A stretch of 64,000 nt of DNA from Octopus sinensis (taxonomy: Eukaryota): the NCBI RefSeq assembly GCF_006345805.1, contig NC_043006.1, positions 68,448,001-68,512,000 of the forward strand. Direction: 5' to 3'. This document shows positions 1-12,370 of this stretch, one piece after another. How positions within the stretch are numbered: the first letter of the stretch is position 1; the number at the start of each line of letters is the position of its first letter. The notes beneath the pieces are model-generated. The model was not told the origin of the DNA. It ran no database searches and saw only the letters and a program-made list of their open reading frames with translations. The position numbers and the translations under genes were made by a program.

Positions 1-782
1 CACATATCTCAACATTTCCTCCTCAGTTCACACGGTCGTCACAGACACCACCACCACCTCCTCCTCCCCATCTTTCATACACCACTCACTCCGGCAGCTA
101 AGAATGTTTTACTCAATGTCTGTGTGTGTGTGTATGTGTATATGTATACATACAGGCATATGTGTGTGCAACTGTGAACAGGAATTTGAGTGCGTGTTGT
201 GACTATACAGTGGAAATGTGTGACAGTATTTCAACACATACACACATACTGTTGTTACGCCTCCCAGCCCTACCTGATCGCAGTATATTATACAATGTGT
301 ATGTCTATTTTAGTGTGAGTGTGTGTGCGTGCGTATGTGTCTGTTTGTTTGTGTAGGAATGTTTGTAATGGTGATGTACGTAATAATCCATCTACTTGTA
401 TAATTATATATGTATGTGACTATATGTGTGTGCCTGTCTTGATCCAAAAAAGCTATGATCAAAGACAGCCCAATTATGACCACCCTTGAAAACTTCATCA
501 TATGCGCCCTCTCTTTAAAAAGAGATTTGGCTGCTATTTCTAGCACATCGAGCAAATTTGTAGAAAAACCCTCTAGAGCTATGGAGTTGGGTGTGGTATA
601 TTTTTAACTGAGTGACCCACCTTAGTAATCACGGGGGTCAAAGATCAGGTACATATCCCTTACTTGACTAGTTCTTAATAGAAAATGATTTGCCCTGATA
701 ATTCCTGCTTATGGGGACATTTCTAAGAATCATGAATAAGAATTAGTGACAGTACCTTCTTTGATGCAATAATTGGTAGCAT

Positions 783-1145
783 TCTTTTATTTGTTTCAGT
801 CATTTGACTGCGACCACGCTGGAGCACTGCCTTTAGTCAAACAAATCAACCCCCAGGACTTATGCTTTGTTAGCCTAGTACTTATTCTATTGATCTCTTT
901 TGCCGAACCAATACATTGCGGGGATGTAAACACATAAACATCGGTTGTCAAGCAATGGTGGGGGAGACAGACACACAAACATAAACACACACACATATGA
1001 TGGGCTTCTTTCAGTTTCTATCTAGCAAATCCACTCACAAGGCTTTGGTCAGCCTGAGGCTATAGTAGATGACACTTGTCCAAGGTGCCACATAGTGGGA
1101 TTGAACCCGGAACCATGTGGTTGGTAAGCAAGCCACTTACCACAT
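783..1145 (-). mobile_element. tRNA-headed SINE, family A
   Basis: Same modular sequence as many other copies in the window: head with A/B-box-like motifs, central (CA/TG)n, 3' end ..GACTGAAACAAATAAAAG. A second copy follows in tandem at about 1223-1609. Confidence 0.85.
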
Positions 1146-1222
1146 AGATTATACATTCATAGCTAATCATCAATCTGTCTATCTATCCATCCAACCACAC
1201 TCAAAGAATACTCAATACTGGA

Positions 1223-1609
1223 TCTTTTATCTTTTACTTCTTTCAGTCATTAGACTACGGTCATGCTGGGGCACTGCCTTGAAAACTTTTTAGTCAAATG
1301 AATCAGTTCTAATACTTATTTTATTTCTTTTAAAGCCTAGTACTACTGGTCTCTTCTGCAGAACCGTTAAGGTAGGGAGACACAAACATACCAACACAGG
1401 TTGTCAAGTGATAGTGAGGATAAACACAGACACACACACACATATATGATGGGTTTCTTTCAATTTCCATCTACCAAATCCACTCACAAGGCTTTGGTTG
1501 GCTTGAGGCTATAGTAGAAGATACTCGCTCAAGGAGCCACACAGTGAGACTGAACCCAGAACCATGTGGCTGAGAAGCAAGCTTCTTACCACACAGCCAC
1601 GTCTGTGCC
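1223..1609 (-). mobile_element. SINE family A copy
   Basis: Aligns by eye along its length to the 783-1145 and 32476-32870 copies. Confidence 0.85.
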
Positions 1610-1713
1610 TATAGTGAAGATTAGTAATATTTTTATTTTGTTTGAGTCAGTTTCTAGCTACTCTAGAAACTGACTCAAGATACTTTTTAGAATATTAGGT
1701 AATAATAGTTGAA

Positions 1714-1760
<47 letters not shown>

Positions 1761-1860
1761 ATATTATATATATATATATATAAAATAAAATATTAGGGAA
1801 TAAATCCAAACTTACAGGGGAAAATCAGATTTAGGATTGAATCCAATTATATAGTAAAAT

Positions 1861-2139
1861 ATATTATATTAAATTAGAGATAAAACCACTATTAGGCAAA
1901 TCATACAATGAAAAACTTAAGCCAATACATAATATTAATTAATTTATATTATTTAAATATATATCAAAATTATTAAAAAAGATAATTAATATAACACTAC
2001 AATCGTTATATTAATTATCTTTTTTAATAATTTTGATATATATTTAAATAATATTAATTAATTAATCTTATGTATTGGCTTAAGTTTTTCATTGTATGAT
2101 TTGCCTAATAGTGGTTTTATCTCTAATTTAATATAATAT
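1861..2139. repeat. Near-perfect AT-rich palindrome (135-bp arms, 9-nt loop) in (TA)n context
   Basis: 1861-1995 is the reverse complement of 2005-2139, with about 2 mismatches; loop ACTACAATC. (TA)n lies directly right of it and about 80 bp to the left. Confidence 0.9.
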
Positions 2140-2607
2140 ATATATATATATATAGTACCTATACAGGTGCATGGTGTGCAACACAACAGATGTCAAAGTG
2201 TTCACAGAGCTATGATCTTGTAATCTTGAGTGTAAGACCCTAACTGCTAGGTCATGTGCTGTCACAACACATGCATACGTACATATATTGGCTTGAGGAA
2301 GGGGTCAGTGCCGAGAGTTTTTGCACTTTCTTTCTCACTGATAAAGTCAAGGGAGTGAGTAGATGTTCAAGTTAAGTATTTGTGCATGTGTGTAGGCTTG
2401 TTGAAACAAACAAGACTCAGTATATAAAAATTGTACATATTTTATTCAGCTGTAATGGTTAAGGGTGTTGTGCACTGCTATTATCAAATTTCAATACACA
2501 AAACTCTCAATGCTTTTAGTCACTGAATACACACAAACACATGTATATGTGTATATATATACATACATATATATGTGTGTGTGTGTGTGTGTGCTTCTAT
2601 TGTCCGT

Positions 2608-2937
2608 TCTTTTACTTGTTTCAGCCATTGAACTGCAGCTATGCTGGGGCACTGTCCTGGAGGGTTTTTCAGAACAAATCACCCCTGGTCTGGTTTTTAC
2701 TCTATTGATCTCTTTTGTCAAATGGCAAAGTCACAAGAATAGGAACACAGGTGGGCAACACACACACATATACGACATGCTTCCATGAAGTTTCCCTCAA
2801 TCAAATCCACTTGCAAGGCATTGGTTGGCCTGGGGCTATAATAGAAAACACTTGTCCAAGGTGCTGCATAGTGAAGCTGAACTTGAAACTACATAGTTGG
2901 GAAGAGAACTTCTTAACCACAAAGCCATACCTGCACC
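2608..2937 (-). mobile_element. SINE family A copy
   Basis: Homologous to the other family A copies. It explains ORFs 2465..2788 and 2715..3047. Confidence 0.8.
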
Positions 2938-3024
2938 TACTCACACACACACAAATGATCATTTCAGTAGACAACTATGCAGAAAGAAGCCCTCATGCTC
3001 CCTCAACTTTCTTTTGGAATTGGA

Positions 3025-3193
3025 GGAGCCTCTATTCAGTGGTTTAATCTGTTAGAAATAACAGTCAAATTCCCTTGAAGGTCCTATTGGACAAAGTAAT
3101 CCAAGATACATAAAATCAGTTTGGATATTACTGGAATAGTTTCTGTTATTATAAATCTGCTGGCTCAGGATTGACCTGGGGCTAAATAACAAC
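3025..3193 (+). mobile_element. Short interspersed repeat, family D (GGAGCCTCTA..GAAATAGCAG..GACCTGGGGCTAAACAAC)
   Basis: Recurs at about 16075-16290(-), 19255-19440(+), 29610-29780(+), 43775-43950(+), 50035-50200(-) and 50270-50400(+). The (AAC)n tail suggests a retroposon. Confidence 0.65.
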
Positions 3194-4929
3194 TTGTCTT
3201 AAATTTTCTATCCCACCCCAAAAATTGTATTAAGTTCCCCTCGCCTTTATTTCCACACCCACAATATTTCATCCTTAAAAAGTTGGTTGACCTACAATCA
3301 GTGACCTTTCACAAAACTATCTATAATTACTTCCCTTTGATACATCAGCTTGCAGCCTGACTTCATCCTCAAAACAGACCCCTGCTACTAAACTATTTAC
3401 TTCACTGTTGTCTTGTGAACTGTACGTGCCACGATATGATCTTTGGTGATTTCAGCTCATCAGGAAACAAAACACTGCCACAACAATAACAACAAAAGCA
3501 ACAACTGTTAAACCTAATTATCCTGCTTCCTTTCCTCAGCACGGGCCTTAATTCTTGTGATTAGGACCTTAATCAATTCTTGTGCCATCATATCTTGACT
3601 GATCCTCAACCCTGACCTCCTGAACCTTATTTTACCATATACCTGGCATTCAACTGGTGCTACAGCGTAGAGAGAAATAAGCCATCCACTGGTAAACCGG
3701 TGGCTCAAAGGGTTAACCATTTCTTGATCCATCACAACAACCTACATCATACTCAAATACTGTGTGTCTGAACCCCAATCCACACTACAAACTAACAACA
3801 TCCAAACATACCTGCCTGGTCTCTAAATCCTCCCAATAAATCAGCAACAATCAAACATCCCTTCTCTGGCCCCTAACCTTTACTGCAAATCTCAACAACA
3901 CTCAACCATCACCTGTTTGCTCCCTAGCATATCTACTCCAACACTCAAATGTCATATTGGCCCCTTATCCTTACTATAAACCCACAAAAGCATCCAATCA
4001 CCACCTCTCTGGTCCCTAATAAATGGTAAATTTCATACATAAGTCGAAATATTAAAAGAACTCATAAGTGCCATTTGGTATTAGGAGTGTAAACAAACCC
4101 TGAAATTTGGGATTAAGGTCTTATGAGCTCTACAAACTTCTTCAGATTTTATTATCGGTGTTACTGATACAGACTTTTATTAGCTTCCTTGTATTTCAGA
4201 TATTCTTAGCTAAAATTCGTCTGATCCTGAGTCCTTTAGTGAGTCACTTCCACTAATCCATGAAGATAATGTGAAGGTGTAATACCCCAACCCACGTGCT
4301 ATTGTAGAAACAACTTTTTAATTGCTGTTGAGCAGACCTATGATGCATTGGTAGATAGGCAGTCCAGAACAACTTAGGTCTGCCCTACAGAGCAAGGACC
4401 TGACTGAACATACTGACATGAAGAGATCTAAGTAACGGTGGTTGTGTGGTAGACTGGACACGTTGCTTTTCTTTTTTTCCCACTGTCATTTAAAAGCAAC
4501 TTCTATGGAATTGTCTCCACTTGCTACAAATAGTAACCAAATTTCCCTCACATCACACTCTTTCACCTTAAAAAAGAAGGGACATATTGAGTACTTAGTA
4601 CTGTATAAATTATGCCAGAAAAAAATGATCACAGCTTTGACATTCATGTTAACAGGATAAATAGAAAATGCTCAAATATACCATTCCACCCATCTACATG
4701 TGGAGTGAACCTTATAAAACATGAGTTATACATTTTTACACATATGTGGTGTAAGCTTTATGTAACATGCTTGTGCCATCATATATTGCCTTCCTGTTGT
4801 GTTATTTGATGATTAGGTGTGATTTGAGGAAGATTTGGTTGCTATTTCAACAGACTGAGCAACCACGTAAAAAGCATATGGTGTGTGTTAGGGTGCAGAG
4901 ATTTGTAGATCTTTTTTTGAGTCTCTTAA

Positions 4930-5270
4930 CTTAGATAGTAGGGGGCAGAGAGTTGAATAGTGTGGTCTGGTGGTAATAGTCCCACAATACCCATAATTAA
5001 CCCACCCACCCATCAACCAACAAACCAGTGGTTATAGTAAGAGAGTTAGGTAGTGTTGTTTAACCCATGGTTAAACCCACCCACATACCCATGTCAACCA
5101 ACAAATTGTATAGTAAGAGAGTTAGATAGTGTGATGTGGTGGTCCTATGTTACTCATGGTTAACCCCCACACATCAATGAATCAACAAGTGGTATAGTTA
5201 GAGGGTTAAGTAAGTGTAGTAGTGTGGTGGTAGTTCCATGTTACCCATGCTTTAACCTACCAACAATGTG
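4930..5270. repeat. Degenerate minisatellite, about 4 units of about 77-95 bp
   Basis: Motifs TATAGTAAGAGAGTTAG..GTGGT..ACCCATGGTTAACCC..CAACCAACAA recur at about 5032, 5109 and 5193. Confidence 0.6.
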
Positions 5271-5481
5271 GAAATGTTGAAGTCATTTAAATAATTATCC
5301 GCTCTATTAGACAATAATTACATTTGATGACGGAATAATCACATCAACAACACCATAACCATCACCACCAACAACAACAACAGTTATATGAATGATTAAA
5401 AAACATTAGAGCAGACAGGAAGTAAGACTTAGTTCTGTTTTACTCCGCATCTGATTCCCCAAACACCACCACCATGATAAT

Positions 5482-6233
5482 GGCACAGGCTTGACTGTGT
5501 GGTAAGAATTTGTTTTCCAACCACATGGTTCTGAGTTCAGTTCCACTATGTGGAACCTTGGGTAAGTGTCTTTTACCATAGCCTTAGGCCAGCCAAAGCC
5601 TTGTAAGTGGATTCAGTGAATGGAAACTGTTAGAAGCCTGTCTCACACACACACATACATACACACACCGCTAGCCACTACACATTGTTTATTTTCTCTC
5701 CTTGTTTCTTTCTGTGTTTCTTTCAGTGGAAGAGCATAGGCTCAAAACGCTAAAGACTTTTTCACTTCCTGAGCGTTAAACTAATACATATGTTTGTTGT
5801 CTACACCACCTGTCTTCATCTTTTTTTTTTTGTGAATTCTCCCTATATATATAATTATAATTTAGGGTATCTAAGAGATACCACCATGCTGGAAATTAGA
5901 GTCAAAACCTGACTCTAAAACCACATTAAATGTTCATACAGCACCACGAGAGAAGACAAAGACAAAATAAACTAGCAAAAAATTACTGGATAATTCCAGA
6001 TCCCAGATTTCTGGCTCTGCATAAGAAATGCTCTGCCTTCATCAGTGGAATATACTCAGAAAGCACATAAATACAAATTTTGACTTCTATTTCCAGTGTG
6101 GTGGTATCTCTTAGATACCCTAAATTATAATTTTAAATAATTATTACCTTTGAAGGTTTCTATTCTTAAGCTGGCCACCTGATGAGATCAGTATTTAAAT
6201 ATCGATCTTATCCTTATTTATTTATATAAATAA

Positions 6234-6272
<39 letters not shown>

Positions 6273-6690
6273 GCTCTATGCTCTGGTGCTCCCATTGATA
6301 TCAGTGGTCTTGGTTTTAAATAGTGTGAAACCACTGATGAGAAAATCAGCTACGAATGTTCCTTGTATTGTGGTTTTCTCTCCTTTTTCTGTCTGTTCGG
6401 TTTTCGCCCAGTTTTTGTCTATTTTTCCTCTCTCTACCTAACTTTTGAGATGTGTGTGTGTGTCTGTCCCCTTATGACTGTCTTCCATTACCACTTGACA
6501 ACTGGTGTTGGTATGTTTATATCCCTATGACTTAGCAGTTCAGCATTAGAGTGACAGAATACACTCCAGGTGCTACAAAATAATAATAATAATAATAATG
6601 AATTCTGGGGTTGTTTCGGCTGACTAAAATTCTTCACGGTGGTGCCCTAGCATGGCCGCAGTCTAATGACTGAAACAAGTGAAAGATAAA
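5482..6690 (+). mobile_element. SINE family A copy split by about 790 bp of nested (TA)n-associated elements
   Basis: The 5' half (5482-5660) ends in the central CA tract. The 3' half resumes at about 6450 with a TG tract and ends GACTGAAACAAGTGAAAGATAAA at about 6690. Confidence 0.75.
5853..6132. mobile_element. Fold-back element with 55-bp terminal inverted repeats
   Basis: 5853-5907 (AATTATAATTTAGGGTATCTAAGAGATACCACC...GTCAAAA) is the reverse complement of 6078-6132, with about 4 mismatches; spacer 170 bp. Confidence 0.8.
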
Positions 6691-6934
6691 TAATGGTTCT
6701 ATCAGCAACACCAATGCCCCCCCCCCACTATGTCAATCACCAACAGCACTATACTGATACTACCTTTGTACTACTAACAACCAAGACCATTAATAATGCC
6801 TCTACTAATACCACTGTCAACTCTGCCACTAAAAGCAGCAACAACATCAAAATAGCAATTCAAATTAGGTTTTATCTTTTTAATGGAGTGTCTGTATTTC
6901 CTCCTTGCCTTCCAGAGTCCATAATTTACACCTA

Positions 6935-7200
6935 CACACATATCTATTATAAACACACACACATGTATATTACAAGCACATACATATCTATTACAAAGAC
7001 ACATATATCTATTACAAGCACATGCATCCATTATAAACACACACACACACACACAAATGTATCTATTACAAACACACATATCTATTATAAACACATGCAC
7101 ATATCAGTTACGCACACATATAGAGATCTATTACAAACACACACTATGTACAAACATGCATATATCACAAACACATCTACACATATAACTATAATTACAG
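6935..7200. repeat. Degenerate ~21-bp minisatellite (ACACATATCTATTACAA-like) derived from CA microsatellite
   Basis: Repeated TATCTATTAYAA motifs separated by CA runs. It produces the spurious 201-aa ORF 6693..7298. Confidence 0.7.
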
Positions 7201-8268
7201 ACATACACACACATACAACACTATCACATCTACACATACATATATTCAAGTCCACAGACACCACACACACACACACACAAACAGAGAGCCTGCATTGATC
7301 AAGTGAAACCTGATATTAAAACAATATATTTTGTCAATGTTAGCTTGCTCCTCTCTGACCCTCAGAGTGTCTCAGAGATCAACACTTTCACTCACCCACA
7401 CCCACAGCCCATTCCACACACTTCCCAAGGCTACTAAGGAGCTGGGTGCAGTACAGGGCTATTTTGAAATCAAATGAACCCTCCCAATTAATTTGGATTT
7501 CATTAAAGACACTGTTTAATTCTGAAGACAGTTAATTAGGATCTGTGTTGGATTTACTTGAGTTAAAGATGGCCTGTAGAAAAAAGTTAGTGGGAGGGAT
7601 CTCCTGAAAAGAAGGATTGGTAAGTCATCATAATTATCATTGAAATATGTGTTTAGAAGAGATATGGACCCGACCGGATGTATTAAGTATAAGGTAAACA
7701 AGAATGTTTAAACATAACATATATAAAGGGTAGAACTACTCTATCATGTTCACTAATGTAAAACCCTAAATATCCAACTTCGTAATCAAGGCCAAGATTG
7801 AACACAGGGTATCCTACAACAAGGTACAGGGAATATTAACTCTATCAAGGTTTGTGTTTTTTCAATTTACAGTATCATACTAACACACATGCACTCGCAT
7901 TTACACACACATACAAGCTGATACCACCCCTGCTTTGTCCCGTGTCACCTCTCATTAAACTAAACTAAGTTCACATATTTTACTCCACCAAATAGTACAC
8001 TATAAATGTCATTGTGGTTGACCACTGTCCATTAAAACTGTCATTAAGGTATTACCTAGTTGGTTACTCACCTTATGCCAGTTTCTTACCATCTTAGCAA
8101 CCTGTCCCTCTCTTCTAAGGAAAAACTGTCTTAGTCAGCCAGGTTGTCTTTAAAATGGTCACAGGTTGCTGGAATTTGGAATTTTTATCCGTGTTTTGTT
8201 CTTTCATATTGTGATAATGCCATGTTTTCTATAAGCCAAGTAAAATTGCAGTCGTGACAGATACTGGT

Positions 8269-8460
8269 GTCATGCAAGTGGCACATAAAAGCACCTTTTA
8301 TACTCTCAGAGTGGTTGGCATTAGGAAGGGCATCCAACCATAGGAACCATACCAAACTAATCTGGAATCTGGTGCAGCCTTCCAGCTTGCCAGCTCTGGT
8401 CTACCTGTCCGACCCATGCCAGCATGGACAATGGACGTTAAATGATGATGATGATGATGT
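8269..8460 (+). mobile_element. SINE family C (RTE-related; GGCGTTAGGAAGGGCATCC core, (GAT)n tail)
   Basis: Core GGTTGGCATTAGGAAGGGCATCC and 3' end GGACGTTAAATGATGATGATG, shared with many copies (about 10570, 12835, 13721, 22777, 28599, 37470, 45200, 47570, 51470, 59699). Confidence 0.8.
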
Positions 8461-8861
8461 TAAATCAGGAAGAGACAGAAAGCACCCAGGATGACCATAC
8501 ACTTTTTTCAGCAGCCCTGAGATTGATGGGAGGAAGAGAAGAAATTATCCTCAAATCATAGGCCTGATCCAAATACTTCTAACAAAGTGATTTTCCTTAA
8601 AAGGTACCCTTAGGGCCAGATAGTGGTGTTAACCTGGGCAATGGTTTATGTCTACCCCACAAGTTGGGGTGGATAGCTTAGAGGTTAGGGTGTTGGACTC
8701 ATGATCGCAAAATTGTGGTTTTGATCCCTGAACTGGGCGATGCATTGTGCTCTTGAGCAAAACACTTCATTTCACACTGTTCCAGTTCACTTAGCTGACA
8801 ATAATGGGGGGGGGGGCGGTAAGGATATAAACACCATGAAAACTGGGAGACTGGCCCTATG

Positions 8862-9021
8862 GGCACTAGCATAGAGTGTGTGCCATCAGTGGCAGCCCTT
8901 CAGTTTGCTGCCCCCGGGCCCCCACAAAAAATACATATTGCCTACAGCAGACCCAAAAGTGGTGTCACCCCCATAAAGGGGCTGCCTGGGGCAAACTGCC
9001 CCCTCTAGCTACGCTAGTGCC
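8862..9021. mobile_element. Probable hAT-type MITE relic
   Basis: Terminal inverted match GGCACTAGCATAGAG ... CTCTAGCTACGCTAGTGCC. Interior is related to the 44101-44309 element. Confidence 0.5.
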
Positions 9022-10744
9022 AGTGAGTTTCTATTTTATCTCTCCTATCTACCACCCAAGAACTCAGACAGCAAAGGATCAGAACAAATACCACAAAGCA
9101 TCTTATCTGACATGCTAACAATTGTACCAATTTACTATCTTAGGCTTGCACTTTTACAAATGATGAACAGCAAAGTTGACCTCAGGAGGATCTGAACTCA
9201 GAGAAGTGGGATCTGAAATAAAATAGCTCAATGCATTTTGTCTGATACACTAAAGACTGCCAGTTCATGCCTGATGTTGTTGTTTAACTCCAACCCTGAA
9301 CCAGCAGATCAAAGGTATTTTAGCTATAACCGTCTCATCTGATATAAGAGTAGGTATAGCTACATATGTGTCTTTTCTTTATTTAAGACATAAATATGAA
9401 ATGATTTGATTGTGGTTGGTCTGAAGTGGGTTGTTGATGTCTGATAAAATATTGGACTAATTTATGAACTGTATAGAAATACCAGTGGGTCCCTCAGATA
9501 GGTAATCCATATATACACACACCCAAGTACATACACACAAACAAACACACACATTCCTACACACATATAATATAATGAAGAAGAAATAGGATATTAGTCA
9601 ATATTCACAAGGCTTTTTATTGTTTGTGTGTGTGAGGAGAGAGAATATGTAAACTAGTTAGAGATAGAGAGAGAAAGTAAGAGATAAACAGAGGGTGTGA
9701 GAGTGTCTTTTGATAGTCCACAGCTAAAAATCACAATAACAAAGGGGTATGATAATTATCGTTCACATGAGGGACTGAACATGGCTTTATTCAACCTAAA
9801 GTCTGAAGGTGAAGCTGATATCCTTCAAGTAATAAGTTCAATTTAAGGAAATCCGGGGTGAGGCCGTCAGAATTATGGAAATGGTGTTGAGTGGAGCGGC
9901 TGAGCAATTTAGTGGCATGTTAGATAGGGGAAAGGTCAAATTATCATACAGAAACTACTCCAATTAGTATTACGGCTGTTATCTAACAGTTTAACATGTA
10001 ACAGTAATGTTAGGAGGAGGGGTTACAGTTGTAGCAGCCTGATGGCAAGAGAGATCATATAGCTGATGTAGAGTTGTAATAAGGTTGCAGATAGGGTTTC
10101 AATTTCGAGCTGAGGGCATTTCACTGATAACAAATAAAATATAGAATATGGCAACTAAAATATCGCGCTTATGCAATGAATGCTACTGGGGAACAACTGT
10201 CATTCATTCATCTAGAGTTGATAAAGTAAATTATCAGTCATACACTGGAGTTGATTAAATCCAGCACACTCTTTTTCCAGATTTGTGACCTTTTGCCAAT
10301 GTTAGAACCATTAGTGATTTTCAACATAGCAACAAGGACACAAGTTTTGTGAGAAAGGGTTAGTAGATTATATCACCCTTCGTACAAGGCTGGTACTGAT
10401 GTATATATATACAGACACACACATACATACACATACACATGTACATATATATTTGGCTTGAACAGATGGGATGCTCATAAGTGGAACAGCATTGCTCATA
10501 GGTACCACTGACTCAGAACTGACCGAAGGGATAAACAATGACACAGCATAACTCATAATCATTGTCATCATTTTTACATTCGCTTTCCATGATGGCATGG
10601 TTTAGGCAGTTAGACTAGGTCCAAAAGATTGCAGGAACCACATCTTATTCCAGTGTCACAGATTTTGTATGGTTTCTATGGCTGGATGTCATTCCTAATG
10701 TCAACCACTTAACAGAATATGTTGGGTACTTTTTCATGCCTCTT

Positions 10745-11627
10745 TCTTTGCAGAAACACCAAGTGCAAATATACCATTATCCAGCCATACATATTTCTCA
10801 CCCACAATGTCTTGTACACCACCTTCTAATCCTCATCTCACAGAACATTGGTAAATCTCTCATATTCTGCTGCAACCTTTGTTGAGGAAACCCGTCACCT
10901 AAATTCCCTTCAAGCTACCCAGTACAATTCACTGCACCCCTATTTTTCAAGTTTTTCCTAGCCTGTGTCTCTATTGTTAAATATCTGTCCATTTTACTGT
11001 TGCCTACCCACACCACCTTTGATCTGGATGGAAACCTTGCACCACCCATAGACTTGAAGTCTTATCTGGCCTGTGTGGCCACCAGATCAATAGGGGATCA
11101 AATGGTTTTCTTAGGCTAATGTTGCATATTACCAAGTCATTAGCATCAGACACCAGCAGCAGTTTTATTCCCTCCTCATTCCTGGAGCCAAAGCCTTTAT
11201 ACACACCATGAAATCCATCAATGTGTTGCCCAGCTTGTCAGTGGAAATAACTAGCCACGATGATAAGGTTATCATCATTCATTATCAAGGTAGGAGGGCC
11301 ACATAGAATTGAGCTTTCTCTTCATCTGCCAGTTCCGATTGTGAAACATAAGCAGAGATAAATGTTGTAGTCACATTAACCAAAACTAGTTTAAGCTTTG
11401 TTATCCTATCACAATCTCTGACTACCTCAATCATTTTCTCTACCCATTTCTCAGCTAATAGTATGCTTACTACATCCACACTGTCACTACTGCTTAAACA
11501 AAAGAATTTATATCTATTATTCCTTGTCCATGACGAATCTGGTAGAGGTTCCCCTCCATCTTCACTCTTGCACACAGTACACATCCACATGTAGCCATTT
11601 TAGCATTTCAACAATTTCTTCAAGCCT
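10745..11627 (-). mobile_element. Degenerate RTE-clade LINE fragment (AP-endonuclease domain)
   Basis: Frameshifted pieces read EIVEML..VDVYCVQE*RWRG, ILLAEKWVEKMIEVVRDCDRITKLKLVL...ISAYVSQSELADEEKAQFY and GFGSRNEEG..LL..DANDLVICN. These are typical RTE endonuclease motifs. Confidence 0.88.
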
Positions 11628-11734
11628 GTATATTAACAAAGAAAACAAAAGACAAACCAACAAAAAAAAAAAAAGAAAACATAACAAAAAAAATTAATTT
11701 GTCATTAATGAAGGTAGAAATTGAGTGAACTCAC

Positions 11735-11911
11735 CTGAGTTTGAGAAATGGTGGAAGATTCTGGAGGGTAGACTATGAAGTGACGTAATGTAAATCCAAA
11801 ACCAGCCTCTGTGCGGGGCACTATCACTGTATGGGGCCCTGACCATGATGTAAGTACACTGGAGGTAGTAGTAGCACTACCACTACTACTGATTGGGTTG
11901 TCCCCATCAAC
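11735..11911 (-). CDS. ARHGAP21: Internal coding exon of a Rho GTPase-activating protein 21/23-like gene (N-terminal part of the PDZ domain)
   Basis: Translates as [59 protein letters not shown]. The stretch SW.GP.TV...[18 protein letters not shown] is the diagnostic ARHGAP21/ARHGAP23 PDZ start. Canonical acceptor (..tatgtttcattacag|GTT at 11912/11911) and donor (CAG|gtgagt at 11735/11734). Length 177 nt, phase 0 at both ends. ARHGAP21 vs ARHGAP23 cannot be resolved (probably a single invertebrate co-ortholog). Confidence 0.92.
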
Positions 11912-12069
11912 CTGTAATGAAACATAGAATTTCTCAGTAAAAGATAACAAACACAGATTAAGTTGAATGTTTTTGTCAGTTAATCCACTTTACATTGCAA
12001 AAGGGTGAGGGATAGGTTCTTCACATCTCATAATATCACTGGTGAAGGAGGGTGGCCTGAACATTCTTT

Positions 12070-12370
12070 GGTGGTGAACGTAATGCTGAGTGGTTGTGGT
12101 GATGGTGTTGATAGTGGTAGTGGTGTTGGTGATGGTAGTATTAATGTGGGATTTTTGGTTTTGGTGGATGGTGTTGATATTGCTGGTGGTAGTGCTGTTG
12201 GTAGTGGTGATGTTTGGTGGTTGTGGTAATGGTGGAATTTGTGGTGGTGGTGAGGGTATTAACGATAATGGGAGGGGTGGAGGTGGCGATGAGTTATTAT
12301 TGGCAATTGCATGGGTAGTAGTATAGTGATGTTAATGACAGTGATGGTGGTGATGGAGTTGGTATTGGTG
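12070..12370. repeat. Degenerate (GGT/GTA/GAT)n trinucleotide tract
   Basis: Low-complexity GTN triplets; source of the poly-Val/Gly ORFs. Confidence 0.85.
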
